Shown: piece by piece, positions 1 to 8,998 of the stretch | How the letters are laid out: each line of letters opens with the position of its first letter | Position numbering within the stretch: the first letter of the stretch is position 1 | From: Candidatus Sericytochromatia bacterium | GTDB taxonomy: Bacteria > Cyanobacteriota > Sericytochromatia > S15B-MN24 > UBA4093 | DNA: 64,000 nucleotides | Assembly (NCBI GenBank): GCA_036676495.1 | Contig: JAKFCT010000045.1 | Span: forward strand, 18,898-82,897 | Direction: 5' to 3' | The notes under the pieces: generated by a model | The model's database searches: none | Seen by the model: only the letters and a program-made list of their open reading frames with translations | What the model was told of the DNA's origin: nothing | Translations under genes and position numbers: made by a program

Positions 1-572
1 CGGGGAGTGGGCATCGCGTTGGCGAGCAACTCCTCGATCTCGTTGGTGATCGTGATGTCGTCCCGGCCGACGACCACTTGGGGCGCCTCCGGGGGGATCT
101 TGAACTTGCCCTCCTGGCGGTACTCCGGTTCGACGCCGATCTGCTGCTGCCCCATGATGACGGCTTCCTCGGCATGCACGGCGCGGATGCCGGGAATCCC
201 GGAGACGATCCGCTGGGCGCGATTGCGCTTGTCCAGGCTTTCCACGCTGCCTTGCAGGTAGGCGACCCCCTCTCGGACCCGGACTCCCAGGTCGAGTCCC
301 GCGTCGAAGAGGGCCTTCTCGGCGCACGTGGTCAGTCCCTGATCGTCGTCGGGGCGGTTGTTGGTGATGACCAGGCTGTTGTCGATGGCAAGGCCCGGCA
401 CGATCTGGCGGGTCAGACTCTCCACTTCCTCCTTGGCCCTGAGGCTGGAGACCTCCCCGGTCAAGGCGACGGCGTCCTCCAGGAAGGTGACCGTGATGCT
501 CGGGCTGCCGACCTTGGGATCCCGCGCGTACGCGTCCAGCAGGGCTTGCCGGAGATCGTCCAACCGCGCCAT
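1..572 (-). CDS. BON-domain protein (partial, runs off window)
   Basis: Not in ORF track. Minus-strand ATG at 572 reads MARLDDLRQALLDAYARDPKVGSPSITVTFLEDAVALTGEVSS...VRVREGVAYLQGSVESLDKRNRAQRIVSGIPGIRAV, i.e. tandem BON-like repeats; starts 1 nt after the upstream stop. Confidence 0.75.
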   Translation of the reverse strand, partial: MARLDDLRQALLDAYARDPKVGSPSITVTFLEDAVALTGEVSSLRAKEEVESLTRQIVPGLAIDNSLVITNNRPDDDQGLTTCAEKALFDAGLDLGVRVREGVAYLQGSVESLDKRNRAQRIVSGIPGIRAVHAEEAVIMGQQQIGVEPEYRQEGKFKIPPEAPQVVVGRDDITITNEIEELLANAMPTP

Positions 573-573
573 G

Positions 574-1152
574 CTACTCCTCCTTCCACCAGATCACGCG
601 CGTGAACTCCTCGCGCGGGAGGTGCGTGCTCTCGACTTGGCTTCCGGAGAAGGCTTTCTTCAGCTCCTTGCCGATCCGATCGGCCAGGAACTCGTTGACC
701 GTCCAGACGTGCATCTCCTCGTCCTGCTCCTCGATCAGCCCGATGCGGGAATGCGGGTTGGTGGCGCGCAGGTGGGCCTCTTCGTTGTAGATGGTGTTGA
801 GGATCTGCTCGCGATGCTTGGCGAGAACCGGACCCTTGAGCGTGACCTGGCCCTTGAAGTCCTTGCGCTCGATGGCGATGCAACTCGGGCAGACGATCTC
901 GCTGATCTTGGGATCCTGGCGCAGCCGCTGGTACTCGGCCTCGTCGAGGTGCCAGTGCTTGGGGTGGTAAATCGCATGGCAGCGTCCGCAGACCGCGACG
1001 TTTCCCGTGATGTCGGGGGCGGCGTCCGCGTTATGGGCTTCGTCCGGCCTGAGATGGTCGACCCGCCTCCCCATCGTCCGGCGCTTCTCGTCTTGATTTC
1101 CCCTCAGCGGATCCTTGCCGAGCGGGTACTTGGTGGAGAATCCTCGGCTCAT
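574..1152 (-). CDS. BCAM0308-family Zn-ribbon protein
   Basis: CGRCHAIY..W and CPSC pairs followed by G.VTLKG and NPHSRI, the pattern of this family. Confidence 0.65.
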   Translation of the reverse strand: MSRGFSTKYPLGKDPLRGNQDEKRRTMGRRVDHLRPDEAHNADAAPDITGNVAVCGRCHAIYHPKHWHLDEAEYQRLRQDPKISEIVCPSCIAIERKDFKGQVTLKGPVLAKHREQILNTIYNEEAHLRATNPHSRIGLIEEQDEEMHVWTVNEFLADRIGKELKKAFSGSQVESTHLPREEFTRVIWWKEE

Positions 1153-1298
1153 GGCGGCCCCCTTCCTTGAAGCAGGAATGTAAAGAAAGGTGTTCTCGTG
1201 CGCGAGTATACCTCCCCCCTCCGGAACGCGGCGACAACGGGCCGGGGGTCCGGAACGGAGCCCCGCGAGATTGGGGGGGGCGTTCGCGTCTGGGGGAG

Positions 1299-1856
1299 CT
1301 AGGGCTTCGCCTGGCGGATCTGGCCGAAGATGTAGCGTGTGAGCTTGCTGCGGGCGGCCGCCGTCGGCTCGAAGCGGACGGTGGCTTTCTTGCCCGTCGG
1401 GGCGGGCTCGACGTGGGCGGGAATCCGCAGGGCGTCCTTGCCGAGGTAGAGGGTGACCTCGACGGGGACGTCGGCGGGCAAGGGACGGTTGAGATCGAGG
1501 TGGGCGCGCTCTCCCGTCAGATCCTGGGTGAAGCCGGAGGCGATCAGGTTCTGCGAGCCCGGCTTCTCCCAGACGTCGACGGCGATCCGCTGGTCGATCC
1601 GGGCAGGCTTCGGCTTGGGGCGCGGCAGACAGACCTGGACGGTGGTGAGGCAGCGCATGTCGCCATGCCCGAAGGCCTGGGTTCGCTTGCCTTTCCAGGT
1701 GACGGAGCCCGTGGCGGGCAGCACGGAGCGCGGGTCATGCTCGACCCGGATGGCGATCGTGATGGCTTCCTCGGTGACCTCGACGATCTCGCCGGAGTAC
1801 TCCTCGTCCCCCAGCCGGACGGCGATGGTCTGGCCCACCTGGGGCGCGCGCGACAT
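1299..1856 (-). CDS. PilZ-domain (c-di-GMP receptor-like) protein
   Basis: RIDQR (RxxxR) then TQDLTGERA (degenerate DxSxxG), C-terminal V.F beta-barrel pattern. Confidence 0.6.
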   Translation of the reverse strand: MSRAPQVGQTIAVRLGDEEYSGEIVEVTEEAITIAIRVEHDPRSVLPATGSVTWKGKRTQAFGHGDMRCLTTVQVCLPRPKPKPARIDQRIAVDVWEKPGSQNLIASGFTQDLTGERAHLDLNRPLPADVPVEVTLYLGKDALRIPAHVEPAPTGKKATVRFEPTAAARSKLTRYIFGQIRQAKP

Positions 1857-1968
1857 GACGACCTCCGATTGCGAGTGGCCTGCCTACCGGACCACGGGTG
1901 CTAGCCGTGCCTCATTATACCCGTCGCACGGCCGCAAAAGGCGGCGACGCCGGCCAGCCGGGCGCGGG

Positions 1969-3216
1969 TTAGCGGTTCAGGTGAATGGCGTTGGAGTAGC
2001 CCAGGAGCGCGCGCCGGCTGCTGCGGCGGCGAAGGAGGCGCTGGCGCCTGCGGTGGCCGCGCCAGCGGACGACGCCGAAGACCAGCGCCGAGAGGGCTCC
2101 CCCCTTGAGGAACCACGCGAGGACCGGGGCCAGCTCGGTGGTGAGCGGAGGAGCGACGGAAACCGCGGACGCGGCCGTCAAGGGGAAGGTGGCGACCAGT
2201 TTCTCGCCTTGCTTCACGTGGAATGTCCCGATCTTCTGGCCCGCGACGACCGGGGCCTGAACGGCGGGATCGAGTTCGTAGGAGGTGCTGACGGCCCCCT
2301 TGAAGCCGGGGCCGACGGTGACCGAGACATCCTGGGGAAGGATGGCTGCGACCTGGGAGTCGCGTCCCTTCTGGACCGTGACCTTGGCGATGGTGGTGCC
2401 TGCCTTGGCGACGGGCTCGGACTTGAAGTTGTCGAGGCCGTAGTTGAGGAGGGCCTCGGCGTCCTCCCACATCTGGGGAGCGTCGAGCAGGGCTTCGATG
2501 ACGTAGCGGCCGTCTCGCTTGGCGGATCCCACGAAGCAGCGGCCGGCGACGGAGGTGTAGCCGGTCTTGCCGCCATAGGCGCCGGGGAAGTAGCGCAGCA
2601 GCTTGTTGTGGTTGACGAGCACGCGCCGCTCGATCCGGCCGTTGCCGGGAACCTCGAGGGCCTTGGTGGTCGTGATCTTGGCGAACTCGGGGTTGGAGAG
2701 GGCGTAGCGCGCGATCATGGCCATGTCGTAGGCCGAGGAGAAGTGCTCGTCGGCGGGGAGGCCGTGCGGATTGGTGTACTGGGTGTTTTTGAGGCCCAGT
2801 GCCTTGGCCTTGTCGTTCATGAGGCCCACGAAGCGGTCGGTCGAGCCGCCCACGTACTCGGCCACGGCGTTGCTGGCGTCGTTGCCGGAGTTGAGCATGA
2901 CCCCGTAGAGCAGTTGCTCGAAGGTGAGGCGCTCACCGGGCTCGAGGTAGATGCTGGAGCCCGCGATGTCGGAGCTGCGCTTGCTCACGACGACCGTATC
3001 GCTGAGTTGCCCTCGCTCGAGGGCGACGATGCCGGTCATCATCTTGGTGGTGCTGGCCTGGGGAAGGCGCTGGTGGATGTTGCGTCCCCAGAGGATCTGG
3101 CCGGTGACTCCGTCGATCACGATGGCCGCACGGGCGGAGATCTCGGGGAGCGCATGGGCGCTCGGAGCGAGAGCTGCGATGAGGGCGGTCGTGAGAAGCG
3201 GGATCTTCCAAGCCAA
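1969..3216 (-). CDS. dacA: D-alanyl-D-alanine carboxypeptidase (peptidase S11)
   Basis: ASTTK (SxxK), SGN, NPHGL, KTG motifs; signal peptide; C-terminal TM anchor. Confidence 0.92.
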   Translation of the reverse strand: MAWKIPLLTTALIAALAPSAHALPEISARAAIVIDGVTGQILWGRNIHQRLPQASTTKMMTGIVALERGQLSDTVVVSKRSSDIAGSSIYLEPGERLTFEQLLYGVMLNSGNDASNAVAEYVGGSTDRFVGLMNDKAKALGLKNTQYTNPHGLPADEHFSSAYDMAMIARYALSNPEFAKITTTKALEVPGNGRIERRVLVNHNKLLRYFPGAYGGKTGYTSVAGRCFVGSAKRDGRYVIEALLDAPQMWEDAEALLNYGLDNFKSEPVAKAGTTIAKVTVQKGRDSQVAAILPQDVSVTVGPGFKGAVSTSYELDPAVQAPVVAGQKIGTFHVKQGEKLVATFPLTAASAVSVAPPLTTELAPVLAWFLKGGALSALVFGVVRWRGHRRRQRLLRRRSSRRALLGYSNAIHLNR

Positions 3217-3472
3217 GGTCAGCCTCCGGAGTCACGATGCCACGGGGTCCGGTCGGAGCCCGTCGGGGGGAACGAAAGCCTGGGGGCATGTCAACAATGT
3301 GATAGGTCGATTATAACCCCAGGCTGTCCACTTGAAATCCGCCGATGGTGAAAAATAGGTTAATCTTCTTGAAGCGGCGGGCTGGCAGGCTCGATCCTAG
3401 GGGATCATGGCGTGAAGAAACCGTGATCCCGGCCACGCATGGTGCTTTGCGAGAAAGATTTCGCGAGAAGTG

Positions 3473-3502
3473 TTGACTCCCGTCTTTACCCAGTGATAAT
3501 AT
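3473..3502 (+). promoter_or_regulatory. sigma70-type promoter of tRNA-Lys
   Basis: TTGACT at 3473-3478 and TGATAATAT at 3494-3502, about 30 nt upstream of the tRNA. Confidence 0.7.
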
Positions 3503-3534
3503 CAACCTTGTTGCAAGCGAAACGCAGGCGACGC

Positions 3535-3607
<73 letters not shown>

Positions 3608-3611
3608 CTAC

Positions 3612-3653
3612 GAAAGAAGCGGGTTCCGGCCGATAGCCGTGAGCCCGCTTTTC
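3612..3653. terminator. probable bidirectional intrinsic terminator
   Basis: AAGCGGGTTC...GAGCCCGCTTTTC hairpin between the tRNA and a convergent gene. Confidence 0.65.
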
Positions 3654-3736
3654 GTTTCTCCCGCTTCCATCAGAATGCAAGCACGGCCCCCGCCACCATG
3701 CCGGTGGCGGGGGCCGTGCTCCAACGGATCCGGGGC

Positions 3737-4108
3737 TCAGGAGCGCGCGACCATGAGGACGCCGGTGACGATGATGCACGCGCCTGCCCATCGCAACGGC
3801 GAGACGGCCTCTCCGAGAAAGAGCCATGAGGTCAGCAGCACGAAGACGTACCCCAGCCCCAGCATGGGGTAGGCCATGCTGACGTCCATCCGGGACAGGA
3901 CGATGATCCACATCGCCGCCCCCAGGCCGTAGCAGGCGAGCCCTGTGACGATCATGGGGCTGGTTGCGACCGAGAAGGCGAGATTCGGCAGGTTGGCGAG
4001 AGCGGCTCCGCCGATGGGACCTAGCTTGGCCACGCCCGCCTTCATGGCGAGCTGGCCGCAGACCCCCACCAGAACCGATGCCAGGACGAGGAGAATCGAG
4101 GCTCCCAT
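3737..4108 (-). CDS. EamA/SMR-like small 4-TM transporter (ArnE/ArnF-like lipid-sugar flippase)
   Basis: Real start MGASILL at 4108 inside the longer ORF; GQLAMKAG, WIIVLSRMDVSMAYP, LGEAVS motifs. Confidence 0.8.
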   Translation of the reverse strand: MGASILLVLASVLVGVCGQLAMKAGVAKLGPIGGAALANLPNLAFSVATSPMIVTGLACYGLGAAMWIIVLSRMDVSMAYPMLGLGYVFVLLTSWLFLGEAVSPLRWAGACIIVTGVLMVARS

Positions 4109-4113
4109 GGCGC

Positions 4114-5349
4114 CTACACCACTGCCGCGGGCCGCTCGCGCAACGGCTGCCTGAACCGTAGGCGAGCAAACCAGCTGGAGAGCGTCACGGCCCCGAGGGT
4201 GAGGACCAGCGGGTAGTAGGGCACCAGGTAGCGTGCCTCCAGCGACGGGAGGGCATGGATCACGACCGCGTAACCGAGGGTTGTCCCGAGGATCCAGCGC
4301 GGGAGCCGGGGGATGCGGAACAGCCCCAGGATGGCCAGCCCCAGGAGGCTCAGCTGCAGGCCGGTGAAGCCGGCGAAGATCCACGGATGGGAGTCCGCGA
4401 GCTGTCGCGTCCCGGGAAAGGCCGACCAGCAGCGCAGCGTCCGTTCGAGGCAGTAGCCCGCGTAGCGGAGGGGATCGGCCAGGATGCGCTCCCGGGCCGC
4501 CTTGGCAAAGCGAGGCGCGGCTTGGTAGTCGATGTAGTTGTCGGTACCGGCAATCCGCAGGAGGTCGGCCTGGAATTCCGGATCCTGCTTCAAGGCCTCC
4601 TTCAGGCCGAGCACGAGGGGGCTGTGGTAGGTCCCCTGCCACATGTTGTAGGGGCCAAGGCTGGCGACCGGGGTGAGGGTGCCGGTCACCTGGTAGTTGC
4701 GCACGATCCACGGGGCGAGCGTGAGGCCGAAACTCAGGGCCACGACACTCACGAAGCGCCACGGCACGCCCACCCTCAACAGCAGGAGAAACGCGACCGG
4801 TAAGAGCAGCAAGGTCGGGCGGGTCAGCGTCGCCAAGCCCAGGAGGATGCCGACCAAGAGGGCTTTGCGCCCGGAGAAGGGCTTCCCGGTCAGCATCACG
4901 GCGATGGCGCCGATGAACAACAAGGTAAAGTGGGCTTCTGAAACCACCATGGAAGAGGCCGCCTGGATCGGGGGGTAAAGGGCGATGGCCAGCCCCGCGA
5001 GTATCCCGGCACCGGTTCCTCCGAGCCGCCGTCCGATCAGGAAGCACAAGACGACGAGCAGCCCGGTGAGTCCCGCCTGCAGCGGGAAGACGGCCTGCGG
5101 GCCCAGGGTCGCATAGACGGCCGCCAGGAAGGCAGGGTACAGGGGCGGACGCATGGTGGTGGGGGCACCGTTCGAGGAGAACCCGTTGCCTGCAAGCAGC
5201 GAGCTGGCGATCTCTTGGTACTCGATGGCATCGCCTTGCAGGATTTGCTCGCCGAACGCGGGGAGGTGCAGCGCCCGAGCCATCACGGCTCCGCTCAACA
5301 GGCTCAGGACGAAGAGCAGGATCGGAATCCAGCGACGGAGGTTCTTCAT
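4114..5349 (-). CDS. GT-C integral membrane glycosyltransferase (ArnT/GT39-like)
   Basis: GDAIEY, RPPLYP, SE, LTRP, PWIVRN, RYLVP motifs; many TM helices. Confidence 0.85.
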   Translation of the reverse strand: MKNLRRWIPILLFVLSLLSGAVMARALHLPAFGEQILQGDAIEYQEIASSLLAGNGFSSNGAPTTMRPPLYPAFLAAVYATLGPQAVFPLQAGLTGLLVVLCFLIGRRLGGTGAGILAGLAIALYPPIQAASSMVVSEAHFTLLFIGAIAVMLTGKPFSGRKALLVGILLGLATLTRPTLLLLPVAFLLLLRVGVPWRFVSVVALSFGLTLAPWIVRNYQVTGTLTPVASLGPYNMWQGTYHSPLVLGLKEALKQDPEFQADLLRIAGTDNYIDYQAAPRFAKAARERILADPLRYAGYCLERTLRCWSAFPGTRQLADSHPWIFAGFTGLQLSLLGLAILGLFRIPRLPRWILGTTLGYAVVIHALPSLEARYLVPYYPLVLTLGAVTLSSWFARLRFRQPLRERPAAVV

Positions 5350-5360
5350 TTCGGGCTCCT

Positions 5361-6359
5361 TTAGCGCTGGCCTTCCAGCGCGAGGGAGCCGGGAGCGGTG
5401 CCGGTCGCGCTGGGAGTGAGGTTGAGCAGATCCCGGACGATGTAGAGCGGGCGCTGCTTCACTTCGTCATAGATGCGGCCGAGATACTCGCCGATGATGC
5501 CCAGCGTGATCAGCTGGATGCCGCCCAGAAGCAGGGAGCAGACCATGAGGGAGGCCCACCCGGTGATGGTGACGTTGCTGAAGAGCCGGAGGCCGATGAC
5601 GATGGCGATGCCGACGAAGGCGATCGCCGAGGTGACAAAGCCAAGGTAGCTCGCCAGTTGCAGCGGGAAGAAGGAGAAGCCGGTGATCCCGTCCAGGGCG
5701 AACTTGAGCATCTTCTTGAGCGGGTACTTGGTCTCCCCGGCAAAGCGCTCGTCGCGGACGAACGGGACGCCGATCTGGCGAAAGCCGATCCAGCTCACCA
5801 GGCCGCGAACGTAGCGATGCTTCTCCCGGATCCGGGCAAGCGCATCGACGGCTGCGCGGCTCATGAGGCGGAAATCCCCAGTGTCGAGGGGGATGTCCAC
5901 GTTGGTGATGCGTCGGATCAGGCGGTAATACGCCATGGCGGTCGTCTTCTTGAAGAGGGATTCCCCGCGACGCGAGGTCCGGACCGCGTAGACGATATCG
6001 AAGCCCTCGCGCCACTTCGCGATCATCTCGGGAATGAGCTCCGGGGGATCCTGCAGGTCGGCATCGATGATGACCACCGCTTGACCCGAGGAGTAGTCCA
6101 TGCCGGCCGTGATGGCCGCTTGGTGGCCGAAGTTTCGGGAAAAGTTGATGACCTTCACCCGCGGATCGGCCGCACTCAGCGCGCTGGCGCGCTCGAGGGA
6201 GGCGTCCCGGCTGCCGTCGTTGACCAGAATGAGCTCGTAGGGGTCGCCGATCCCCCCCATGACGGAGGTCATGCGCCGATAGAGCTCCGAGATGCCTTCG
6301 GCTTCGTTGTAGATGGGGATGATCACGGAAATGACAGGAGCTTGAGCACGTTCTCGCAT
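5361..6359 (-). CDS. GT2 polyprenol-phosphate glycosyltransferase (GtrB/ArnC-like)
   Basis: IPIYNE, VNDGSRD, SRNFGHQ, DADLQDPP, GDFRL, GEYLGRIY; two C-terminal TMs. Confidence 0.93.
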   Translation of the reverse strand: MRERAQAPVISVIIPIYNEAEGISELYRRMTSVMGGIGDPYELILVNDGSRDASLERASALSAADPRVKVINFSRNFGHQAAITAGMDYSSGQAVVIIDADLQDPPELIPEMIAKWREGFDIVYAVRTSRRGESLFKKTTAMAYYRLIRRITNVDIPLDTGDFRLMSRAAVDALARIREKHRYVRGLVSWIGFRQIGVPFVRDERFAGETKYPLKKMLKFALDGITGFSFFPLQLASYLGFVTSAIAFVGIAIVIGLRLFSNVTITGWASLMVCSLLLGGIQLITLGIIGEYLGRIYDEVKQRPLYIVRDLLNLTPSATGTAPGSLALEGQR

Positions 6360-6434
6360 GAGGCTTCCTCCACTGGGCTACAGAGATGCTTGATTGCTTG
6401 CCCAATCAGCTTACCGAAGTCATGTCATGGGGGA

Positions 6435-6455
6435 CTTGGTGCAATTTGCACAAAG
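6435..6455. promoter_or_regulatory. candidate operator palindrome upstream of the glycosylation operon
   Basis: CTTGGTGCAA-T-TTGCACAAAG, 9/10 inverted match in an AT-rich intergenic patch. Confidence 0.45.
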
Positions 6456-6750
6456 ATTTTGGAGGCCTGATCGCAGGCCCGATTCCGCCCGCCGCCTGGC
6501 TCTCCGCTCGGCCCCGCCTCGCGCACGCCCCCATGAGGCCTGGGGATCGCCGCTCTGCTTGCTACCCGTCATGCGGCTGCCGTCACCTCGCCCCGCACCG
6601 CGGGGGTGGGGGGGACGCGGGGCGAAGGGGCCCGTGCTACCGAGCGGGACCCGATTTCGCTTGCCTGATCGTTCGACCCTGACTTAGGATGCTTGCCTGA
6701 GCACCCGCTGAAACCCGTCATCCGGGTGTCGTTACGCTGGAGGAAACCCC

Positions 6751-7206
6751 ATGCAATCGACCGCTTCCACTCTTGATGCTTATCTCGAAAGCCTTCCGGA
6801 AGACCGGAAGGAGGCGATCGCCAAGCTGCGCGCCGTCATCCAGGAAAACCTTCCCGCCGGCTTCGAGGAAACCATGTCCTACGGCATGATCGGCTACGTC
6901 GTGCCCCATGCCCTCTACCCGGCGGGTTACCACTGCGATCCCAAGCAGCCCCTGCCGTTCCTCAGCATCGCCTCGCAGAAGAGCCACGTCGCCGTCTACC
7001 ACATGGGCCTCTACGCCATGCCTGATTTGCTCGCGTGGTTCACGGAGCTGTGGGCCGTCGAATCCAAGCGCAAGCTCGACATGGGTAAGAGCTGCATCCG
7101 CTTGAAGAAGCCCGAGGACATTCCCTACCGCCTGATCGGTGAGCTCGCCTCCAAGCTCACCCCCCAGCAGTGGATCGCGGCCTACGAGCAGGGCCTCAAG
7201 CGCTGA
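6751..7206 (+). CDS. DUF1801 (YdhG-like) protein
   Basis: YLESLPEDRK, GFEETMSYGMIGY, LDMGKSCIR; GGAGG RBS. Confidence 0.85.
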   Translation: MQSTASTLDAYLESLPEDRKEAIAKLRAVIQENLPAGFEETMSYGMIGYVVPHALYPAGYHCDPKQPLPFLSIASQKSHVAVYHMGLYAMPDLLAWFTELWAVESKRKLDMGKSCIRLKKPEDIPYRLIGELASKLTPQQWIAAYEQGLKR

Positions 7207-7303
7207 TCCGGACAGCAGGAAGCCCGCCGGGGTGTGAGGCCGGCGGGCTCGGTTCAGAGAGGCATCGGGGGCGGGTGTGAGTCGCTCCCGATGCTTTTAT
7301 CTT
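7207..7303. repeat. two-hairpin repeat element, copy 1 (candidate sRNA or terminator)
   Basis: Near-identical to 8166-8263; two stems, both with GGTGTGAG loops. Confidence 0.85.
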
Positions 7304-7353
7304 GCCACGGACGGGCGATTCCCGGCGTCACCGGCGTCGCCTCCGGACCGTGA

Positions 7354-8118
7354 TCATGCTTTCGCCCGCTTGTTCGCCTTGGAAGCCTGGTAGGCCTCCA
7401 GCAGGGCCTCGCGCTCCCGTGCCGGAAGGTGCTTGGAGCCTTCCCGCAAGGTCAGCCCGGAGACCCGGTCCAGATGTTCCTCCAGAAAGCCCAGCGCCAG
7501 CTTGGGTCGCTTTCGCGAGACATCCCGCAGCACCCAGCCGATCGCCTTGCGGATGAAGAACTCCTTTTCGCCCAGCATGCCCGAGGCGAGGCGCGAGAAG
7601 CTCGCGAAGTCTCCCTGCCCCGCCCTCAGGCTCTCCAAATGGGAAAGCAGGGCCGAGCGTCGTAGCCACATCCATTCCTCCCGGCTCCAGCGTTCCCTGA
7701 CCGTCTCGCTATCGGGCATTCGCTCGACCAGCGGTCCCACAACCTTCACTGCCAGCCAATCTACGTGAGCCCAGGTGTTGCATTGGCGCAGGAGGTCTTC
7801 GAGCAGGGGAAGGTCCGATGCCTCCAGCCGCTCGCGATAGGCCTCCAGGACGGCGATCGCCAGCGATCTCAGCTCGTGGACGGGAGGGCGCCAGAGCGCC
7901 CGGATCACCTCCACGAGATCCGCGTGCGGGAGCGCCGGGAACTCCCGGCGCAAGCGCTTGGCCACGGAGCGGATGACGGGCACTCCCGTCCCGATGAACG
8001 CGAGGTCGCTCTTGAGGTAGGCCTTCTCTCCTTCGGCCCTTTCGGCGTTGCCCGCTTCGCGCAGCGTCGGTTCGAGCGCTGCGAGCCAGTGCGTGAGGGC
8101 TTCCTGCATCGTCGTCAT
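7354..8118 (-). CDS. DNA alkylation repair protein (AlkD-like HEAT-repeat glycosylase family)
   Basis: YLKSDL.F.G, WAHVD, W.RRSA, EKEFFIRKAIGWVLR, LTLREGSK; start at 8118 or 8109. Confidence 0.85.
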   Translation of the reverse strand: MTTMQEALTHWLAALEPTLREAGNAERAEGEKAYLKSDLAFIGTGVPVIRSVAKRLRREFPALPHADLVEVIRALWRPPVHELRSLAIAVLEAYRERLEASDLPLLEDLLRQCNTWAHVDWLAVKVVGPLVERMPDSETVRERWSREEWMWLRRSALLSHLESLRAGQGDFASFSRLASGMLGEKEFFIRKAIGWVLRDVSRKRPKLALGFLEEHLDRVSGLTLREGSKHLPAREREALLEAYQASKANKRAKA

Positions 8119-8165
8119 CCTTCCTGATCCGAATCCTGCCGCGTTCATGATACCCGCGGGGGCCT

Positions 8166-8263
8166 TCCGGACAGCAAGAAGCCCGCCGGGGTGTGAGGCC
8201 GGCGGGCTCGGTTCAGAGAGGCCATCGGGGGCGGGTGTGAGTCACCCCCGATGCTTTTATCTT
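8166..8263. repeat. two-hairpin repeat element, copy 2
   Basis: Direct repeat of 7207-7303. Confidence 0.85.
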
Positions 8264-8338
8264 CTCACCCGCGGCCCCATCCGGCTGTCGCCTCGGCCCC
8301 GCTGCGGGTGTGATCCTGCTTTCGCCCGCTTGAACGCT

Positions 8339-8995
8339 TCAGGGGCTCAGCACGCCCACCCGCCGCCCATGCCAGGCCGCATCGTCCAGCGACGCGATCA
8401 TCCAGCGGGCCAGGGCCTCCATGCTCACGCGAAGCGGGCCCTCGGGCAGCACGTCCGCGCGGACGCTCAAAGGCTGCATGCGATCGCCCTCCACCAGCTC
8501 CGGCGGGCAAACCAGCGTCCACTCCAGCTCCGAGGCCGCCAGCAGCTCCCAGACCCGCAGATGCCTTTCGGCGCCCGCCCTGAACGCCTCGGGATAGCCC
8601 GGCCGCTCGCACCGCAGCCGCTGGGCGTCCAGCTGCAGGATCCCCGCCGAGGCGATCGCCATCAGGCGCGTGAGGCCGCCGTGTCGCATGCCTTCCACCA
8701 GGTGACGGATTCCCAGTTCCAGCACGTCGGCGGTCTCGGCGGAGCGCCGGTAGCCCAGCGCGCTGATCACGGCGTCATGGCCCGCGACGGCTTCGGAGAC
8801 GGCCGCTGCGTCCCGGACGTCGATCGATGCGAGCGTGAGCAAGGGGTGGCTGATGTCCAAGGCTTGGGGGGAGCGCGAGAGGGCCGTCACGGCATGCCCC
8901 TGAAGCAGGGCTTCTCGCACGATCCGGCTTCCCAGCCGTCCGGAGGCTCCGGCGATCAGGATCCGCTGGGGGGCATTCGACGTCTCGCGCGGCAT
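8339..8995 (-). CDS. NAD(P)H-binding oxidoreductase (flavin reductase/YwnB-like SDR)
   Basis: ILIAGASGRLG Rossmann motif, GHDAVISALG, LEWTLVCP. Confidence 0.85.
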   Translation of the reverse strand: MPRETSNAPQRILIAGASGRLGSRIVREALLQGHAVTALSRSPQALDISHPLLTLASIDVRDAAAVSEAVAGHDAVISALGYRRSAETADVLELGIRHLVEGMRHGGLTRLMAIASAGILQLDAQRLRCERPGYPEAFRAGAERHLRVWELLAASELEWTLVCPPELVEGDRMQPLSVRADVLPEGPLRVSMEALARWMIASLDDAAWHGRRVGVLSP

Positions 8996-8998
8996 GAG

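Noticed and set aside
7207-8263. Integron attC sites flanking the AlkD-like gene
   Set aside because: No RYYYAAC/GTTRRRY core sites and no integrase
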